Assembly (NCBI GenBank): GCA_963933885.1
Contig: CAWVWF010000002.1
Coordinates: 124 to 64,123 of the forward strand
From: an uncultured Flavobacteriales bacterium
GTDB taxonomy: Bacteria; Bacteroidota; Bacteroidia; Flavobacteriales_C; GCA-002722245
DNA length: 64,000 nucleotides
Reading direction: 5' to 3'
The notes beneath the pieces were generated by a model, which made no database searches, was not told the origin of the DNA, and worked only from the letters and a program-made list of their open reading frames with translations. Positions 21,073-32,103 of the stretch are shown piece after piece (the stretch's first letter is position 1; each line of letters begins with the position of its first letter). The position numbers were made by a program, and so were the translations under genes.

Positions 21073-21921
21073 ATGAATACTATATTTAAGATTTCTGGAA
21101 CACTCATATTTTTCTGTTTTATCCTATTAGGTTGTTCCACTTCAAAACCTAAAACTAATGCAGATGTAAATAAAAACACATATGTAATTGAGACAGAATT
21201 TGGTGATATGACTATAAAGCTTTTTGATGCTACGCCTAAACATAGAGATAATTTTAAAAAATTAGTAGCTGATACTTTTTATAATGGAACGTTATTTCAT
21301 AGAATTATTCCAGGGTTTATGATTCAAGGTGGAGACCCAACATCAAAAAACGCTACAGCTGGTCAACAATTGGGTAGCGGGAATATATCCTATACAATTG
21401 AAGCAGAGTTTGTGGATTCATTAATACATAAGAAAGGTGCTTTAGCAGCGGCAAGACAAGGTGATAACGTGAATCCAAAGAAGAATTCATCTGGTTCACA
21501 ATTTTATATAGTTCAAGGAGCTGCAGTTCAAAAATCATCGCTTACTCGAGTAGAACAAAATATTAATGCTGGTAGGAAAAGGGCTTTGGCAAGTGTGGTT
21601 TTTGAAGACTCATTAAATTCAGGTTTAAAAGCGAATTTTTTAAGAGCTAGAACTAATAATCAAAAAGACAGTGCAAGTTATTATGGTAATCTGTTAGAAG
21701 AAAAACTATCTGCGGCGATGGTAGGAAAGGAGTTTAAATACTCAGAAAAACAAATTGCTTTGTATGATTCATTAGGAGGAACACCACATTTGGACGGTGG
21801 TTATACTGTTTTTGGAGAAGTGGTAAGCGGAATGAATATTATTGATTCTATTGCAAATGCTAAAAAGGATGGTGGAAATAGACCGCTTGAAGATATTAAA
21901 ATGATCATTAAAAAGTTGTAG
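21073..21921 (+). CDS. cyclophilin-type peptidyl-prolyl cis-trans isomerase (lipoprotein)
   Basis: 282 aa with a LLGCS lipobox. Cyclophilin motifs are present (FHRIIPGFMIQGGDP, GSQFYIV). Confidence 0.75.
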   Translation: MNTIFKISGTLIFFCFILLGCSTSKPKTNADVNKNTYVIETEFGDMTIKLFDATPKHRDNFKKLVADTFYNGTLFHRIIPGFMIQGGDPTSKNATAGQQLGSGNISYTIEAEFVDSLIHKKGALAAARQGDNVNPKKNSSGSQFYIVQGAAVQKSSLTRVEQNINAGRKRALASVVFEDSLNSGLKANFLRARTNNQKDSASYYGNLLEEKLSAAMVGKEFKYSEKQIALYDSLGGTPHLDGGYTVFGEVVSGMNIIDSIANAKKDGGNRPLEDIKMIIKKL

Positions 21922-21945
21922 TTTTGCAACTCGATAACGTTTAGG

Positions 21946-22965
21946 ATGGAAAACAAGATTAAGATGTTAAGTGAGCAAATTGAAGGATTTGCAATTGAAG
22001 GGAAAGATGCTTTGGAAAATTTTAGAATCCAGTTTTTAGGTTCTAAGAACGTTTTAAAAGATTTATTTAGTGAGATTAAAAATGTGCCTGCAGAAAACAG
22101 AAAGTCAGTAGGTCAATTAATCAACGCTTTGAAAACTCAAGCGCAAGATAAATTTGATACTGCAAATTCTAAAACTGAAGAATCAGAAGAGGCTAGTTCT
22201 AATATCGATTTATCTTTATCTGGAGAGCTTAATAAATTAGGTAGTCGTCACCCTCTTAGTATCGTTAATCAGCAGATAATTGAAATATTTTCTAAGATTG
22301 GATTTAATGTTTCTGAAGGTCCAGAAGTAGAAGATGATTGGCATAATTTCACTGCTTTAAATATGCAGGAAGAGCATCCAGCTAGAGATATGCAGGATAC
22401 ATTCTTTATTGAAAAAAACCCAGATTGGTTATTAAGAACACATACTTCTTCTGTACAAGTTAGAGTTATGGAAGGTGCTGAGTTACCTATAAGAACAATT
22501 ACACCAGGAAGAGTTTACAGGAATGAAGCAATTAGTGCTAGAGCACATTGTTTTTTCCATCAAGTTGAGGGAATATACATTGATAAGAAAGTTTCTTTTG
22601 CAGACTTAAGACAAACGATAGAGTACTTTGCAAAGGAAATGTTTGGAGAGCGTGCAAAAATACGTCTACGTCCTTCATATTTCCCATTTACAGAACCATC
22701 AGCTGAAGTTGATGTATCTTGTTCTTTATGTAGCACGAAGGGTTGTAACGTTTGTAAATACACAGGTTGGTTAGAAATATTAGGATGTGGAATGATTGAT
22801 CCTAATGTTTTGAAGAATGCTGGTATTGATCCTGAAGAATATTCTGGTTTTGCTTTCGGGATGGGTGTAGAAAGGATGGCAATGTTGAAATACGAAGTGA
22901 AAGATTTAAGAATGTGGTCGGAAAACGACGTTAGATTTTTAGATCAATTTAAGTCTGCTTGGTAA
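21946..22965 (+). CDS. pheS: phenylalanine--tRNA ligase alpha subunit
   Basis: 339 aa with class II aaRS motifs (FPFTEPSAEVDV, GFAFGMGVERMAM). Confidence 0.85.
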   Translation: MENKIKMLSEQIEGFAIEGKDALENFRIQFLGSKNVLKDLFSEIKNVPAENRKSVGQLINALKTQAQDKFDTANSKTEESEEASSNIDLSLSGELNKLGSRHPLSIVNQQIIEIFSKIGFNVSEGPEVEDDWHNFTALNMQEEHPARDMQDTFFIEKNPDWLLRTHTSSVQVRVMEGAELPIRTITPGRVYRNEAISARAHCFFHQVEGIYIDKKVSFADLRQTIEYFAKEMFGERAKIRLRPSYFPFTEPSAEVDVSCSLCSTKGCNVCKYTGWLEILGCGMIDPNVLKNAGIDPEEYSGFAFGMGVERMAMLKYEVKDLRMWSENDVRFLDQFKSAW

Positions 22966-23241
22966 TTACTTTTCTTGAGTTATTATTGGTCCGTGAATTG
23001 ACTTTTTAAGGAAAGACATATAAACACAGTTAAAACTCCAAAGGAAATAGGCTGTAAAAAGGGAGAGGTTAATTGATTCTATATTAAAGCCATTTGTGAT
23101 AGGTTTTATAATTAATCTAGCGGGATACGTGAATACGTTTGTGATTTTTGAAGTATCAGTTCCATAGTACTGTATTGCTATAATTGTAAATCCGATATAT
23201 ACTATTGATAATATAGCTGCCTCGATGTGAATTCTTTTCAT
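22966..23241 (-). CDS. small membrane protein
   Basis: 91 aa with two or three hydrophobic helices. Confidence 0.35.
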   Translation of the reverse strand: MKRIHIEAAILSIVYIGFTIIAIQYYGTDTSKITNVFTYPARLIIKPITNGFNIESINLSLFTAYFLWSFNCVYMSFLKKSIHGPIITQEK

Positions 23242-23287
23242 TGATTCTAATTTGCTTTTGGCAAATCAAAATACATTCCAAAGTTTT

Positions 23288-24415
23288 CTATTGTAGAGCT
23301 TCTTTAAAAATTAGACAAGCATCTTCTATTTCTTGCTTAGTAATAAAATGACTGAATGACAACCTGAAGGAAGAAGCACATTCGTTTTTATTTAAGCCCA
23401 TAGATACTAAAACATGAGAAGGTGAAAGATCATCTGAATTACAGGCAGAGCCTAATGAATATCCAATTTTCCTTGTCTTTTTAAGTAGTTCAGAAGCCTT
23501 GACATTAGGGATCCTGATGTTTAGTATATGATGGCAAGTTTGATCACTTCCATTAATAGTTGCTTGGTACTGTTTGAAAAATGCTATGAAGTGAGATTTA
23601 ATTTCACTAATTCTTATTTGATTTTCTTGAATTGAGGTTGCTGCTTTTTCGGCGGCGACTCCGAAGCCTACAACTCCGGGAACGTTAATTGTTCCTGCTC
23701 TAATGCCTTTTTCTTGTCCTCCACCATGAATCAATGATTCTAAGGAAATCCGAGGTTTTTTTCGTCTGATGAATAAAGCTCCAACTCCTTTAGGACCGAA
23801 AACTTTATGACTAGAAAGCGGCATTAAACCAATATGATTTTCAGCCATATTAATATTTAGTTTCCCTAAAGCTTGAGTTCCGTCACATAAGAATGGGACA
23901 TTATTTTGATGAGCTATTTCTGAAATTTCTTTAACATTATGAATAACACCAGTTTCATTATTTACCCACATTATAGCGATCAAAACAGTTTCGTTGCAAA
24001 TGGCACTTTCTAAATCTTTAAGATTAATTTTCCCTAAAACATCTACATCTAAGTAAGTGACTATAGCACCTTTTTTTTCAAGAAAAGCTACGGTATCTAA
24101 AACTGCTTTATGCTCTGTTTTACTTACGATTATATGATTTCCTTTAGATGCATATAGATTAAACACACCTTGAATTGCAATGTTTATTGATTCAGTAGCT
24201 CCTGACGTGAAAATTATTTCGGATTCTTCACAATTGATACTATTCGCAAGCTGTTTACGGGCTCTTTTTATAGCGCCATTTGCGTACCACCCAAACTGGT
24301 GTGTTGAACTTCCTGCATTTCCAAAGTGTTCTGTGAAAAACGGAATCATTTCTTTCAGTACATCTTTATCTACTGGAGTAGTAGCTGCGTAATCTAAGTA
24401 AATTGGTTTGTTCAA
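23288..24415 (-). CDS. cysteine desulfurase (class V aminotransferase, NifS/IscS-like)
   Basis: 375 aa. The PLP-lysine region SSHKVFGPKGVGALF and the catalytic Cys loop GSAC are present. Confidence 0.75.
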   Translation of the reverse strand: MNKPIYLDYAATTPVDKDVLKEMIPFFTEHFGNAGSSTHQFGWYANGAIKRARKQLANSINCEESEIIFTSGATESINIAIQGVFNLYASKGNHIIVSKTEHKAVLDTVAFLEKKGAIVTYLDVDVLGKINLKDLESAICNETVLIAIMWVNNETGVIHNVKEISEIAHQNNVPFLCDGTQALGKLNINMAENHIGLMPLSSHKVFGPKGVGALFIRRKKPRISLESLIHGGGQEKGIRAGTINVPGVVGFGVAAEKAATSIQENQIRISEIKSHFIAFFKQYQATINGSDQTCHHILNIRIPNVKASELLKKTRKIGYSLGSACNSDDLSPSHVLVSMGLNKNECASSFRLSFSHFITKQEIEDACLIFKEALQ

Positions 24416-24416
24416 T

Positions 24417-25874
24417 TTATATTTTTTTTGACAACCATTGGTTGTAATTAATCATTTCAGAATAAAGACGATTTTCTTCATTTTTTTCATCAACAAAATC
24501 AGAAATCTTTTGTTTTAAATCCTTGTTTGTACGTACTGAATTGGTGTATATCAATTCCGATATGATTTCAAGTAATATTTTTTCTCGGTTATTTTCAAGA
24601 AAAGACAACTGTTCTTTAAAGTCTTTTTTAACTTGTTTCATTCGGTATTCTAAGAAATCAAAATCATTCAATTCATATCGAATAATTAGTTCTGCAATTG
24701 CAGTTTTAAACTTGTAAGACTTGTCGGTGTTTTTATAGCTATCTAATAAATACAGTTGATGTAAATATTTTACTGCTTGTTTATTTTTTCCAAGATCAAA
24801 ACTTAAGAATGCAAGATTTCCATATACGAAAATCTCGTAGTAGGCAGTTTTTTTTAGCCAACTTGAAATTTTTAATTCTTCAAGAATATCAATTGCCTTT
24901 TGTTTATCTAATGTCCCGTAATTGTTTACTAGGCCGTTATAATAGAAGAATAGGTATTTTTCTTTTCCAACCTTATCGAATTCCTCCATAGTGCCTTTGA
25001 GGATCTCTGCGTATTCCAGAGACTTTTCATATTTACCATTAATATGTAAACAATTTACCATGTAGGTAAGCATTTGTAGCTTGGAATCATGATTGGATTT
25101 ATTAAATGAATTGTCTTTGATAAATAAATTGTAAGTACTCTCAAGATATTCTTCAAGTGCTACATATTCATGACGTTGCAATAAAACTTGAGATACTGAA
25201 CGGTAAATTTTCAAGCGAAATTTACTTCCTTTTTTTAAGGTATCATCTTCCAATAAATCATTCACTGTTTTTTCCAACAGTGGGACAATTGGATTTTGTT
25301 TAGAAGAAAAATTTTGAGTTGTCTTGGTTTTATGAATAACCATTGCTAGTACATCATCCATTTCTCGGAATCTGTTTAATACTGCCAGATTTTCCTTTCT
25401 CTTCAAGATAAATATTCCCGGGTTTAATTCTATTGATTCCTGTGATAGCTTTATGTATTCACTGTAGATTATATCAAGTAAATCGTAAGCTTCTATTTTT
25501 TCAGCTTCTTTTTCAGCCTTTTTTAAATAATGAAGGCACAAGTTAAATGCGCGCTTTTTAGAGTATAATTTTACAGTTGTTAACAGGTTGTGAATTTGTA
25601 TTTCTTCACCTTCATTGTAATGCTGTAAGGTTAAACATTTGTTTAAATCCTCAGCTAATCTATTTTTTAATCTGTAGTATGGATTTTTCGTACCCGCGTT
25701 ATATAATTTGGAAAATATTTTTTCCTCATTATACTTTTCGCCTTGCTTTCTAATGAAGTCAAAAAGGATGATGTCCTTTCGGTCTAAACTAGGCTCAGTT
25801 CGCTTGGAATAGAGTTTATAAAATCGAACTTCTTCCTTATTTAATGATTGAATTATTTTATTAAGTACATCCAT
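24417..25874 (-). CDS. large all-alpha hypothetical protein (paralog of 54331-55551)
   Basis: 485 aa with no signal peptide or TM segment. Helical, TPR-like composition. Its stop lies 1 nt from the start of the cysteine desulfurase. Confidence 0.5.
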   Translation of the reverse strand: MDVLNKIIQSLNKEEVRFYKLYSKRTEPSLDRKDIILFDFIRKQGEKYNEEKIFSKLYNAGTKNPYYRLKNRLAEDLNKCLTLQHYNEGEEIQIHNLLTTVKLYSKKRAFNLCLHYLKKAEKEAEKIEAYDLLDIIYSEYIKLSQESIELNPGIFILKRKENLAVLNRFREMDDVLAMVIHKTKTTQNFSSKQNPIVPLLEKTVNDLLEDDTLKKGSKFRLKIYRSVSQVLLQRHEYVALEEYLESTYNLFIKDNSFNKSNHDSKLQMLTYMVNCLHINGKYEKSLEYAEILKGTMEEFDKVGKEKYLFFYYNGLVNNYGTLDKQKAIDILEELKISSWLKKTAYYEIFVYGNLAFLSFDLGKNKQAVKYLHQLYLLDSYKNTDKSYKFKTAIAELIIRYELNDFDFLEYRMKQVKKDFKEQLSFLENNREKILLEIISELIYTNSVRTNKDLKQKISDFVDEKNEENRLYSEMINYNQWLSKKI

Positions 25875-25980
25875 AAAAACACCTTAAGCGAGTAAGAATT
25901 GTATGCAATAATATACAAAAAATAATGGATCTTCACATAAAATGTTGTAAATTGAATTCTAATCAAGAAAGGGTTCACAG

Positions 25981-26787
25981 ATGAAAAGGATTATTTTAGG
26001 ATTGTTTTCTTTTACTTTCATTAGTAATATTCAAGTTTCTGCTCAACAGAGTGTTATAGAAATTGCGTCAGATGTTACTATGTTATGTAATTGTTCACAA
26101 GTAGAGGATGGTGATACGGTAAAGTATAAATATTTAGTAACTAATACTGGAAATTCAGCGATGTTAGTCCCGTATTATTATAACAACGGTAATGGTTATA
26201 CGCTGGTAGGAACATTTGACAGTAAGACTAGAGTAACTAATCAAAGTTTCCCTACTACATCAGTTGCGTATAGTTGGATTAACGATGATGAAATGGGAGT
26301 TCAAATGAGTATTGTAGATCCTAATTCTAAACAAGCGATTTCATATATTTATCCTGGAGATACAGCAGCTATTGTAATTTATGATAGAGTTATAATGTCA
26401 TCTCGACATAAAGAAGGGAATAATACAATTGTTGTTTGGCCTGAAAATTATGATGGTTTAACTGTTAAAGATTCATTAACATACAACATAGAAGTGCTTA
26501 ATACATCTGGACAGGGAGCAGCAAACGGGACATATAGTCCATGGTTAAGTAACACTAAAGTATATCCTAATCCAGCTAGCAACAAAGTGTTGATATCGGT
26601 GCCTGAAGAACTAAAAACTCAACTTACTGAGATTACAATTAGTAACGCATATGGGCAAACGGTTAAAAGATTTGATGCTTCTTATTTAGAATTACAAATA
26701 GGCGATCTTGCTAATGGACATTATACAGTTGGTTTTACTTTGAACAATTCAACAAGTTTTGTAAAGCCACTTGTGGTTAAAAAATAA
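25981..26787 (+). CDS. secreted protein with T9SS C-terminal sorting domain
   Basis: Signal peptide plus a C-terminal KVYPNPASNKVLISVPEE...GHYTVGFTLNNSTSFVKPLVVKK, matching the Por_Secre_tail pattern. Confidence 0.65.
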   Translation: MKRIILGLFSFTFISNIQVSAQQSVIEIASDVTMLCNCSQVEDGDTVKYKYLVTNTGNSAMLVPYYYNNGNGYTLVGTFDSKTRVTNQSFPTTSVAYSWINDDEMGVQMSIVDPNSKQAISYIYPGDTAAIVIYDRVIMSSRHKEGNNTIVVWPENYDGLTVKDSLTYNIEVLNTSGQGAANGTYSPWLSNTKVYPNPASNKVLISVPEELKTQLTEITISNAYGQTVKRFDASYLELQIGDLANGHYTVGFTLNNSTSFVKPLVVKK

Positions 26788-26832
26788 CTGTAGCTCCATT
26801 TATCAGAGCAAACAGAATTCATAAACAATACT

Positions 26833-26866
26833 AAAAAAGTCACGATATGATCGTGGCTTTTTTTAT
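26833..26866 (+). terminator. rho-independent terminator
   Basis: 8-bp stem GTCACGAT/ATCGTGGC (one G-U pair) with an ATG loop, followed by T8. It overlaps the ORF-track start of the next ORF, which argues for the downstream ATG. Confidence 0.6.
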
Positions 26867-26888
26867 TTTTGTAGAAACACATCTAAAT

Positions 26889-28796
26889 ATGTCTGTAGAA
26901 AACGGGAAGTATTGTAATGATTACACTAACTATTCACGATTTATTACCCGAGAAGTTAAGATTGGAAACGTTGCATTAGGAGGGAATAATCCTATTCGAA
27001 TTCAAAGTATGACTACTACAGATACGATGGATACCATTGCAACTGTTGAGCAGACTATTAGAATGGTAGAATCTGGTTGTGACTACGTAAGAATTACAGC
27101 ACCAAGTAAAAAAGAAGCAGAAAACCTTGGAGTCATCAAAAAAGAGTTGGTTGCTAGAGGGTATGATGTACCTTTAATTGCTGACATTCATTATACACCA
27201 AACGCTGCAGAAGTAGCTGCAAGACTAATTGAAAAAGTTAGAGTTAATCCTGGGAATTACGCGGATAAAAAGAAGTTTCAACAAATTGAATATAATGATA
27301 GTGAGTACAATGCAGAGCTAGATAGAATTAGAGTGAAGTTTTCACCACTGGTTGAGATTTGTAAAGAACATGGTACCGCTATGAGGATTGGTACTAATCA
27401 CGGATCTTTATCTGACAGAATACTTAGTAGATACGGAGATACACCATTAGGTATGGTTGAGTCGGCAATGGAGTTTTTAAGAATTTGTGAAGATTTAAAC
27501 TACCACAATATCGTACTTTCAATGAAGGCAAGTAATCCTAAAGTAATGGTTAATGCCTACAGACTTTTAGTAAATCAAATGGTTAATGCAGGAATGAATT
27601 ATCCATTACATTTAGGAGTTACAGAAGCTGGAGACGGTGAAGACGGTAGAATAAAAAGTGCAGTTGGTATTGGGACCCTCTTAGAGGATGGACTGGGAGA
27701 TACTATAAGGGTTTCTTTAACTGAAGATCCTGAATTTGAAGCACCAGTAGCCAAGAGTTTAGCTGACAGGTATACTTTAAGAAGTAATCATAAATCGATA
27801 GAAGCTCCTTCTAAGATTATTGTTAACCCGTTTGAATATAAGAGAAGATCTACAAACACAAGAATTAATATTGGAGGTACAGAAGTTCCAAGAGTAATAG
27901 GGGATCTAAGCACTGTTGCTGATATAAAACCAGCACATTTATTTCCGTTTGGATATCAATATTCAGTACCAAACGATAAATGGACTATTCAAGATGTTGC
28001 TGCTGATTATGTATTTGTTGGTGATCAAAAAGTAGATTTTAATCTTCCAGGAACTCTAGGAGTTATTCAGAATTCTGAAAAATGGAATAATGAGCATCAA
28101 CATTATCCATTATTTGAAATTTCAGAATTACCGGCTGCTAAATATTCAGATCAATTAAATTTTGTTGTCGCATCTTCTGATAATGTTGATTTAGATTTTG
28201 TAAATACGGTTCCAAATGTTGTGCTTATTCTCTCAACTTCGAATAAGCATGGAATGGCTGAACAAAGAAAAGTATTTAATGAGCTTTTAGCTTCAGGACT
28301 TGAAATTCCAGTAGTTTTAAAACGATCTTATGAAGGTTTATCTTATGATGACTTTCAATTATATAGTGCAACAGATTTCGGTGGACTATTGGTTGACGGA
28401 TTAGGGGATGGTGTTTGGTTAGAATCAGATTTATCTTCTCAGAAGGTAATGCAAACTGTATATGGTTTCCTTCAAGCAACGAGAACACGAATTTCAAAAA
28501 CTGAATATATTTCTTGCCCGAGTTGTGGGCGAACATTGTTTGATCTACAAGAAACAACGCAATTAATCAGATCTAGAACTTCTCATCTAAAGGGATTAAA
28601 GATTGGGATTATGGGTTGTATTGTTAACGGTCCAGGTGAAATGGCTGATGCAGATTATGGATATGTAGGATCTGGAGTAGGAAAGATCACACTCTATAAA
28701 GGGCAAGAAGTTGTTGAGAAATCAATTAATTCCGAAGCTGCAGTTGATAAATTGATCGAACTTATCCAGTCTCATGGAGACTGGGTAGATGCATAA
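26889..28796 (+). CDS. ispG: 4-hydroxy-3-methylbut-2-enyl diphosphate synthase (long, Bacteroidota-type)
   Basis: GcpE N-terminal TIM-barrel region and C-terminal 4Fe-4S region (CPSCGR...GCIVNGPGE), with the large insertion typical of Bacteroidota. The start was set at 26889 (MSVENGKY) because the ORF-track start overlaps the upstream terminator. Confidence 0.85.
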   Translation: MSVENGKYCNDYTNYSRFITREVKIGNVALGGNNPIRIQSMTTTDTMDTIATVEQTIRMVESGCDYVRITAPSKKEAENLGVIKKELVARGYDVPLIADIHYTPNAAEVAARLIEKVRVNPGNYADKKKFQQIEYNDSEYNAELDRIRVKFSPLVEICKEHGTAMRIGTNHGSLSDRILSRYGDTPLGMVESAMEFLRICEDLNYHNIVLSMKASNPKVMVNAYRLLVNQMVNAGMNYPLHLGVTEAGDGEDGRIKSAVGIGTLLEDGLGDTIRVSLTEDPEFEAPVAKSLADRYTLRSNHKSIEAPSKIIVNPFEYKRRSTNTRINIGGTEVPRVIGDLSTVADIKPAHLFPFGYQYSVPNDKWTIQDVAADYVFVGDQKVDFNLPGTLGVIQNSEKWNNEHQHYPLFEISELPAAKYSDQLNFVVASSDNVDLDFVNTVPNVVLILSTSNKHGMAEQRKVFNELLASGLEIPVVLKRSYEGLSYDDFQLYSATDFGGLLVDGLGDGVWLESDLSSQKVMQTVYGFLQATRTRISKTEYISCPSCGRTLFDLQETTQLIRSRTSHLKGLKIGIMGCIVNGPGEMADADYGYVGSGVGKITLYKGQEVVEKSINSEAAVDKLIELIQSHGDWVDA

Positions 28797-29384
28797 TTAT
28801 TTATCAGGTAGCAATTTAAAGCTCATTCTGTGATATTTAGTTGAGCCATGCTCAGCGATCATTTTTCTATGAAATTTGGTTGGATAGCCTTTATTTTGTT
28901 GCCAATCGAAATGTGGATATTCGTTATGAATTCGTTGCATGTACTCATCTCTATAAGTTTTAGCTAGAATAGATGCTGCAGCAATTGACTTGTATTTACC
29001 ATCTCCTTGGATAATACATTCATGTTCAATGTCTTCAAATTGATTAAACTTATTTCCGTCAACAAGAATAAAGTTTGGCTTAGTTGATAGTCCTTTTAAA
29101 GATTCATGCATACCTAAAATTGAAGCTTGAAGAATATTAATTTCATCAATTTTTTTAGGGCTAATTTCTGCAACGCAAAATGCAATTGCTTTTTCTTCTA
29201 TTATTTTTCGAAGTGCGTTCCTTTTAGATTCAGATAATTTTTTTGAATCATCTAATTCAGGGCATCTAAAATGTTTTGGTAAAATTACAGCAGCAGCGAA
29301 TACAGGACCTGATAAACAACCTCTTCCTGCTTCATCACATCCAGCCTCAATTTTATCAGCGTATTTAAAGTTTTTTAAGCTCAT
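28797..29384 (-). CDS. rnhB: ribonuclease HII
   Basis: 195 aa with the catalytic motif region [14 protein letters not shown]. It overlaps the upstream glycosyltransferase by 4 nt. Confidence 0.85.
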   Translation of the reverse strand: MSLKNFKYADKIEAGCDEAGRGCLSGPVFAAAVILPKHFRCPELDDSKKLSESKRNALRKIIEEKAIAFCVAEISPKKIDEINILQASILGMHESLKGLSTKPNFILVDGNKFNQFEDIEHECIIQGDGKYKSIAAASILAKTYRDEYMQRIHNEYPHFDWQQNKGYPTKFHRKMIAEHGSTKYHRMSFKLLPDK

Positions 29385-30514
29385 TTTTCTAAAGTTTTTT
29401 GAATGCTATTCCACAATGCGTCTGCTGATTTCTTCCAAGTAAATAATTTTAATCGCTCGAAACCTTTCTTAACCAATTCATCAACATCTTGTTGATTGGT
29501 TGATAGTTCGTACATAGCAGTAGAAATTTCAGAAATGGAATTCGGTGAAACTGTATAGGCAGCATCACCAACAACTTCTGGTAATGATGTAGTGTCACTC
29601 GTTATAACTGCAGTACCACATGCCATTGCTTCTAAGACGGGAATTCCAAAACCTTCAAAGAAAGGAATATATGTAAGGGCTGTTGCTCCTGAAAGGAAAC
29701 AATTTAAGTCGTTATCTGATAGTCTTCCAGTAAATATAACATCTTGCTTAAATTCTAATTTTTCGTAAACAGCCTGAATTGATTCAAACTTAAACATTAC
29801 TTCTCCTCCAATTATTAGTTTAAAATGCTGATCATCCATTTTTTTAAACTCATTGAATGCTAAGAGTAAATTTTTCAGATTTTTCCTTGGATGTAATGAA
29901 CCTATGAAGAAAAAGAAAGGTTTTCCTTTTGACGCTTTATTAGTAATTAAACTGGTTTTTTCTATTGGTAAAGGCTTAAATTTTGTCTTTACACCATTAT
30001 AAACAACGTCAATTTTCTTTGGAGAAGTCTTGTATGTCTTTATTATATCAGATTTAGAAAATTCTGAAACGGTTGCAATTCTATCAGACTTTTCAATAAA
30101 TTCTGGGGTATACTTATTATAATATTCACTCCATTTCTTTGGTAGGTCATCTGGGCGATGAACAAAATTGATATCGTGTATTACGGTTAAACTAGGAATA
30201 CATGTTTTCAATGAAGCAACTGCATCTGGGCTTATAAATATATCAGGATCTATTTTCTTTAATAACCAAGGAAGGCTGAAATTATACCAAATCTTTAGTA
30301 AAAGAGGATGCCTTGCTGGAGGCATAATGATATGAGGGATTACATTTTTCTCAAAAATAAACTCTTCGTTATACTTCCTATCGAATATAAAATGAAATTC
30401 ATCGTCGGGATTTTCCTTACAAAGTATCTTGAAAATTTCAGCAGTAAAAGTACCAATACCTTCTAATTTATCAGATAAAAGCAATCTTGTGTTCACAGCA
30501 ATCTTCCTTCCCAT
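29381..30514 (-). CDS. glycosyltransferase family 1/4
   Basis: 377 aa. The C-terminal GT-B motif is present ([21 protein letters not shown]). Confidence 0.75.
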   Translation of the reverse strand: MGRKIAVNTRLLLSDKLEGIGTFTAEIFKILCKENPDDEFHFIFDRKYNEEFIFEKNVIPHIIMPPARHPLLLKIWYNFSLPWLLKKIDPDIFISPDAVASLKTCIPSLTVIHDINFVHRPDDLPKKWSEYYNKYTPEFIEKSDRIATVSEFSKSDIIKTYKTSPKKIDVVYNGVKTKFKPLPIEKTSLITNKASKGKPFFFFIGSLHPRKNLKNLLLAFNEFKKMDDQHFKLIIGGEVMFKFESIQAVYEKLEFKQDVIFTGRLSDNDLNCFLSGATALTYIPFFEGFGIPVLEAMACGTAVITSDTTSLPEVVGDAAYTVSPNSISEISTAMYELSTNQQDVDELVKKGFERLKLFTWKKSADALWNSIQKTLEK

Positions 30515-30583
30515 TGAATTTTGTTATTTTTGTTTTAAAATTACAAGAACTACTAAAATAAAGGTTTCCCTTGATAAGCTAAG

Positions 30584-32062
30584 TTGAAAAAGACATTCAT
30601 TTATAATTTGGTTATTTTATTTGTGCTTAACATTCTTGTTAAGCCAATGTGGTTATGGATGGACATGAAAGTCCAAACAGCTACAGGAGAAGCCTATGGA
30701 TCATATTTCCCACTAGTTAGCTTGTCTATTATCTTTGGTGTTCTATTAGATTTAGGAATTAATAATTACAACAACAGAAAAATAGCCGCACACCCTGAAA
30801 GGTTTAAAAACTATTTTTCATCCATTACTATTGTCCGGTTTGGGTTGGCAATTCTATTTACAGGTATTTTAATGCTTGTTGGGATAATGGATAACTATCC
30901 ACAAGAAAGGCTTCTTTTACTTTTTATCTTAGGATTGAATCAGGTATTATTATCATCTATCTTATATATACGTTCTAACTTCACAGCATTAGGGAATTTT
31001 AAAACAGATAGTTTTTTCTCTGTCTTGGATCGAATTTTGATGATTTTAGGAGTAGGTTGGTTTCTTTTCGGAACAGAGGATATAACTATTGAAAAGTTTG
31101 TTTGGATTCAATTTTTCGGTTATCTCATTACATTTCTAGTTTCAACTATTGTACTCTTAGTGATTGGAAAAGCTTCATTCCCAAAATTGAATGTTAGATT
31201 TTCAAAAATACTTCTTAAAAAGAGTGCTCCATATGCAATTATTGTATTGTTAATGTCTGCTTATAACAATTCTGATTCGATTATGATTGATAAGTTACTT
31301 CCTAACGGAGCAGAAGAGAATTCTTTGTATGCTCAATCATTTCGAATCTTAACAGCTTTAAACAATTACGCATATCTATTTGCTGTTTTATTACTCCCAA
31401 TTTTTTCTAGAATGTTAAAAAAGAAAGAGGCAGTTGGGAAATTATTGGGGTTGTCGGGTGGTTTATTAATTTATGGAGTTTCGGCATTTGTAATTATTTC
31501 ACTTCACTATAGAGTTGATATTTTATCACTTTGTTATGGGGATTATGGTGATAGCTCCTACTTTTCATCAGGTAAATTATTGAATAAAGACATTATCGAA
31601 CGATCTCAAGAAGTGTATTTGGTTTTAATAATGGGAATTATTCCGATGTCATTTAATTATTGCTACGGTGTATTAATTACGGCTTCTGGAAGAATGGGTG
31701 TTTTAAATGCAATTGCAGGTGTTTCACTGGTATTTAATCTAATATTAAATTTCATATTAATTCCTGAGTATGGGGCTTACGGAGCTGCATATGCAAGCTT
31801 TTTCACACAAAGTTTAAGTGCGCTTGCTCAGGTTTTGATTGCTTATAAGCGTTTTAATTTGAAATTTGAAGTTACTAAACCGTTTAGATTTGTGGTTGGT
31901 TTAGGACTTTTGTATTATGCTGTTGAGTTTCTGAATTACCAATTTTCACTACCATTAAGGCTTGCCTTAATGGGTTTCCTATCGATGTTGGGATTACTTA
32001 TATCCGTTAAGTTTGAAGGAATTAAGCCGTTATTAAATAGCTTGAAAAAATCAAATAAATAA
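30584..32062 (+). CDS. wzx: polysaccharide flippase (Wzx/MOP family)
   Basis: 492 aa with about 12-14 TM helices and MOP-flippase-like composition. Confidence 0.6.
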   Translation: MKKTFIYNLVILFVLNILVKPMWLWMDMKVQTATGEAYGSYFPLVSLSIIFGVLLDLGINNYNNRKIAAHPERFKNYFSSITIVRFGLAILFTGILMLVGIMDNYPQERLLLLFILGLNQVLLSSILYIRSNFTALGNFKTDSFFSVLDRILMILGVGWFLFGTEDITIEKFVWIQFFGYLITFLVSTIVLLVIGKASFPKLNVRFSKILLKKSAPYAIIVLLMSAYNNSDSIMIDKLLPNGAEENSLYAQSFRILTALNNYAYLFAVLLLPIFSRMLKKKEAVGKLLGLSGGLLIYGVSAFVIISLHYRVDILSLCYGDYGDSSYFSSGKLLNKDIIERSQEVYLVLIMGIIPMSFNYCYGVLITASGRMGVLNAIAGVSLVFNLILNFILIPEYGAYGAAYASFFTQSLSALAQVLIAYKRFNLKFEVTKPFRFVVGLGLLYYAVEFLNYQFSLPLRLALMGFLSMLGLLISVKFEGIKPLLNSLKKSNK

Positions 32063-32103
32063 TTCGACAAAATTTAGTATTTTTGTTCACTTAAATTATG
32101 TGA

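Noticed and set aside
26847-26888. ORF-track N-terminal extension of ispG (MIVAFFIFVETHLN)
   Set aside because: The extension overlaps the terminator hairpin plus T-run of the upstream gene. The conserved protein begins at the downstream Met (26889).
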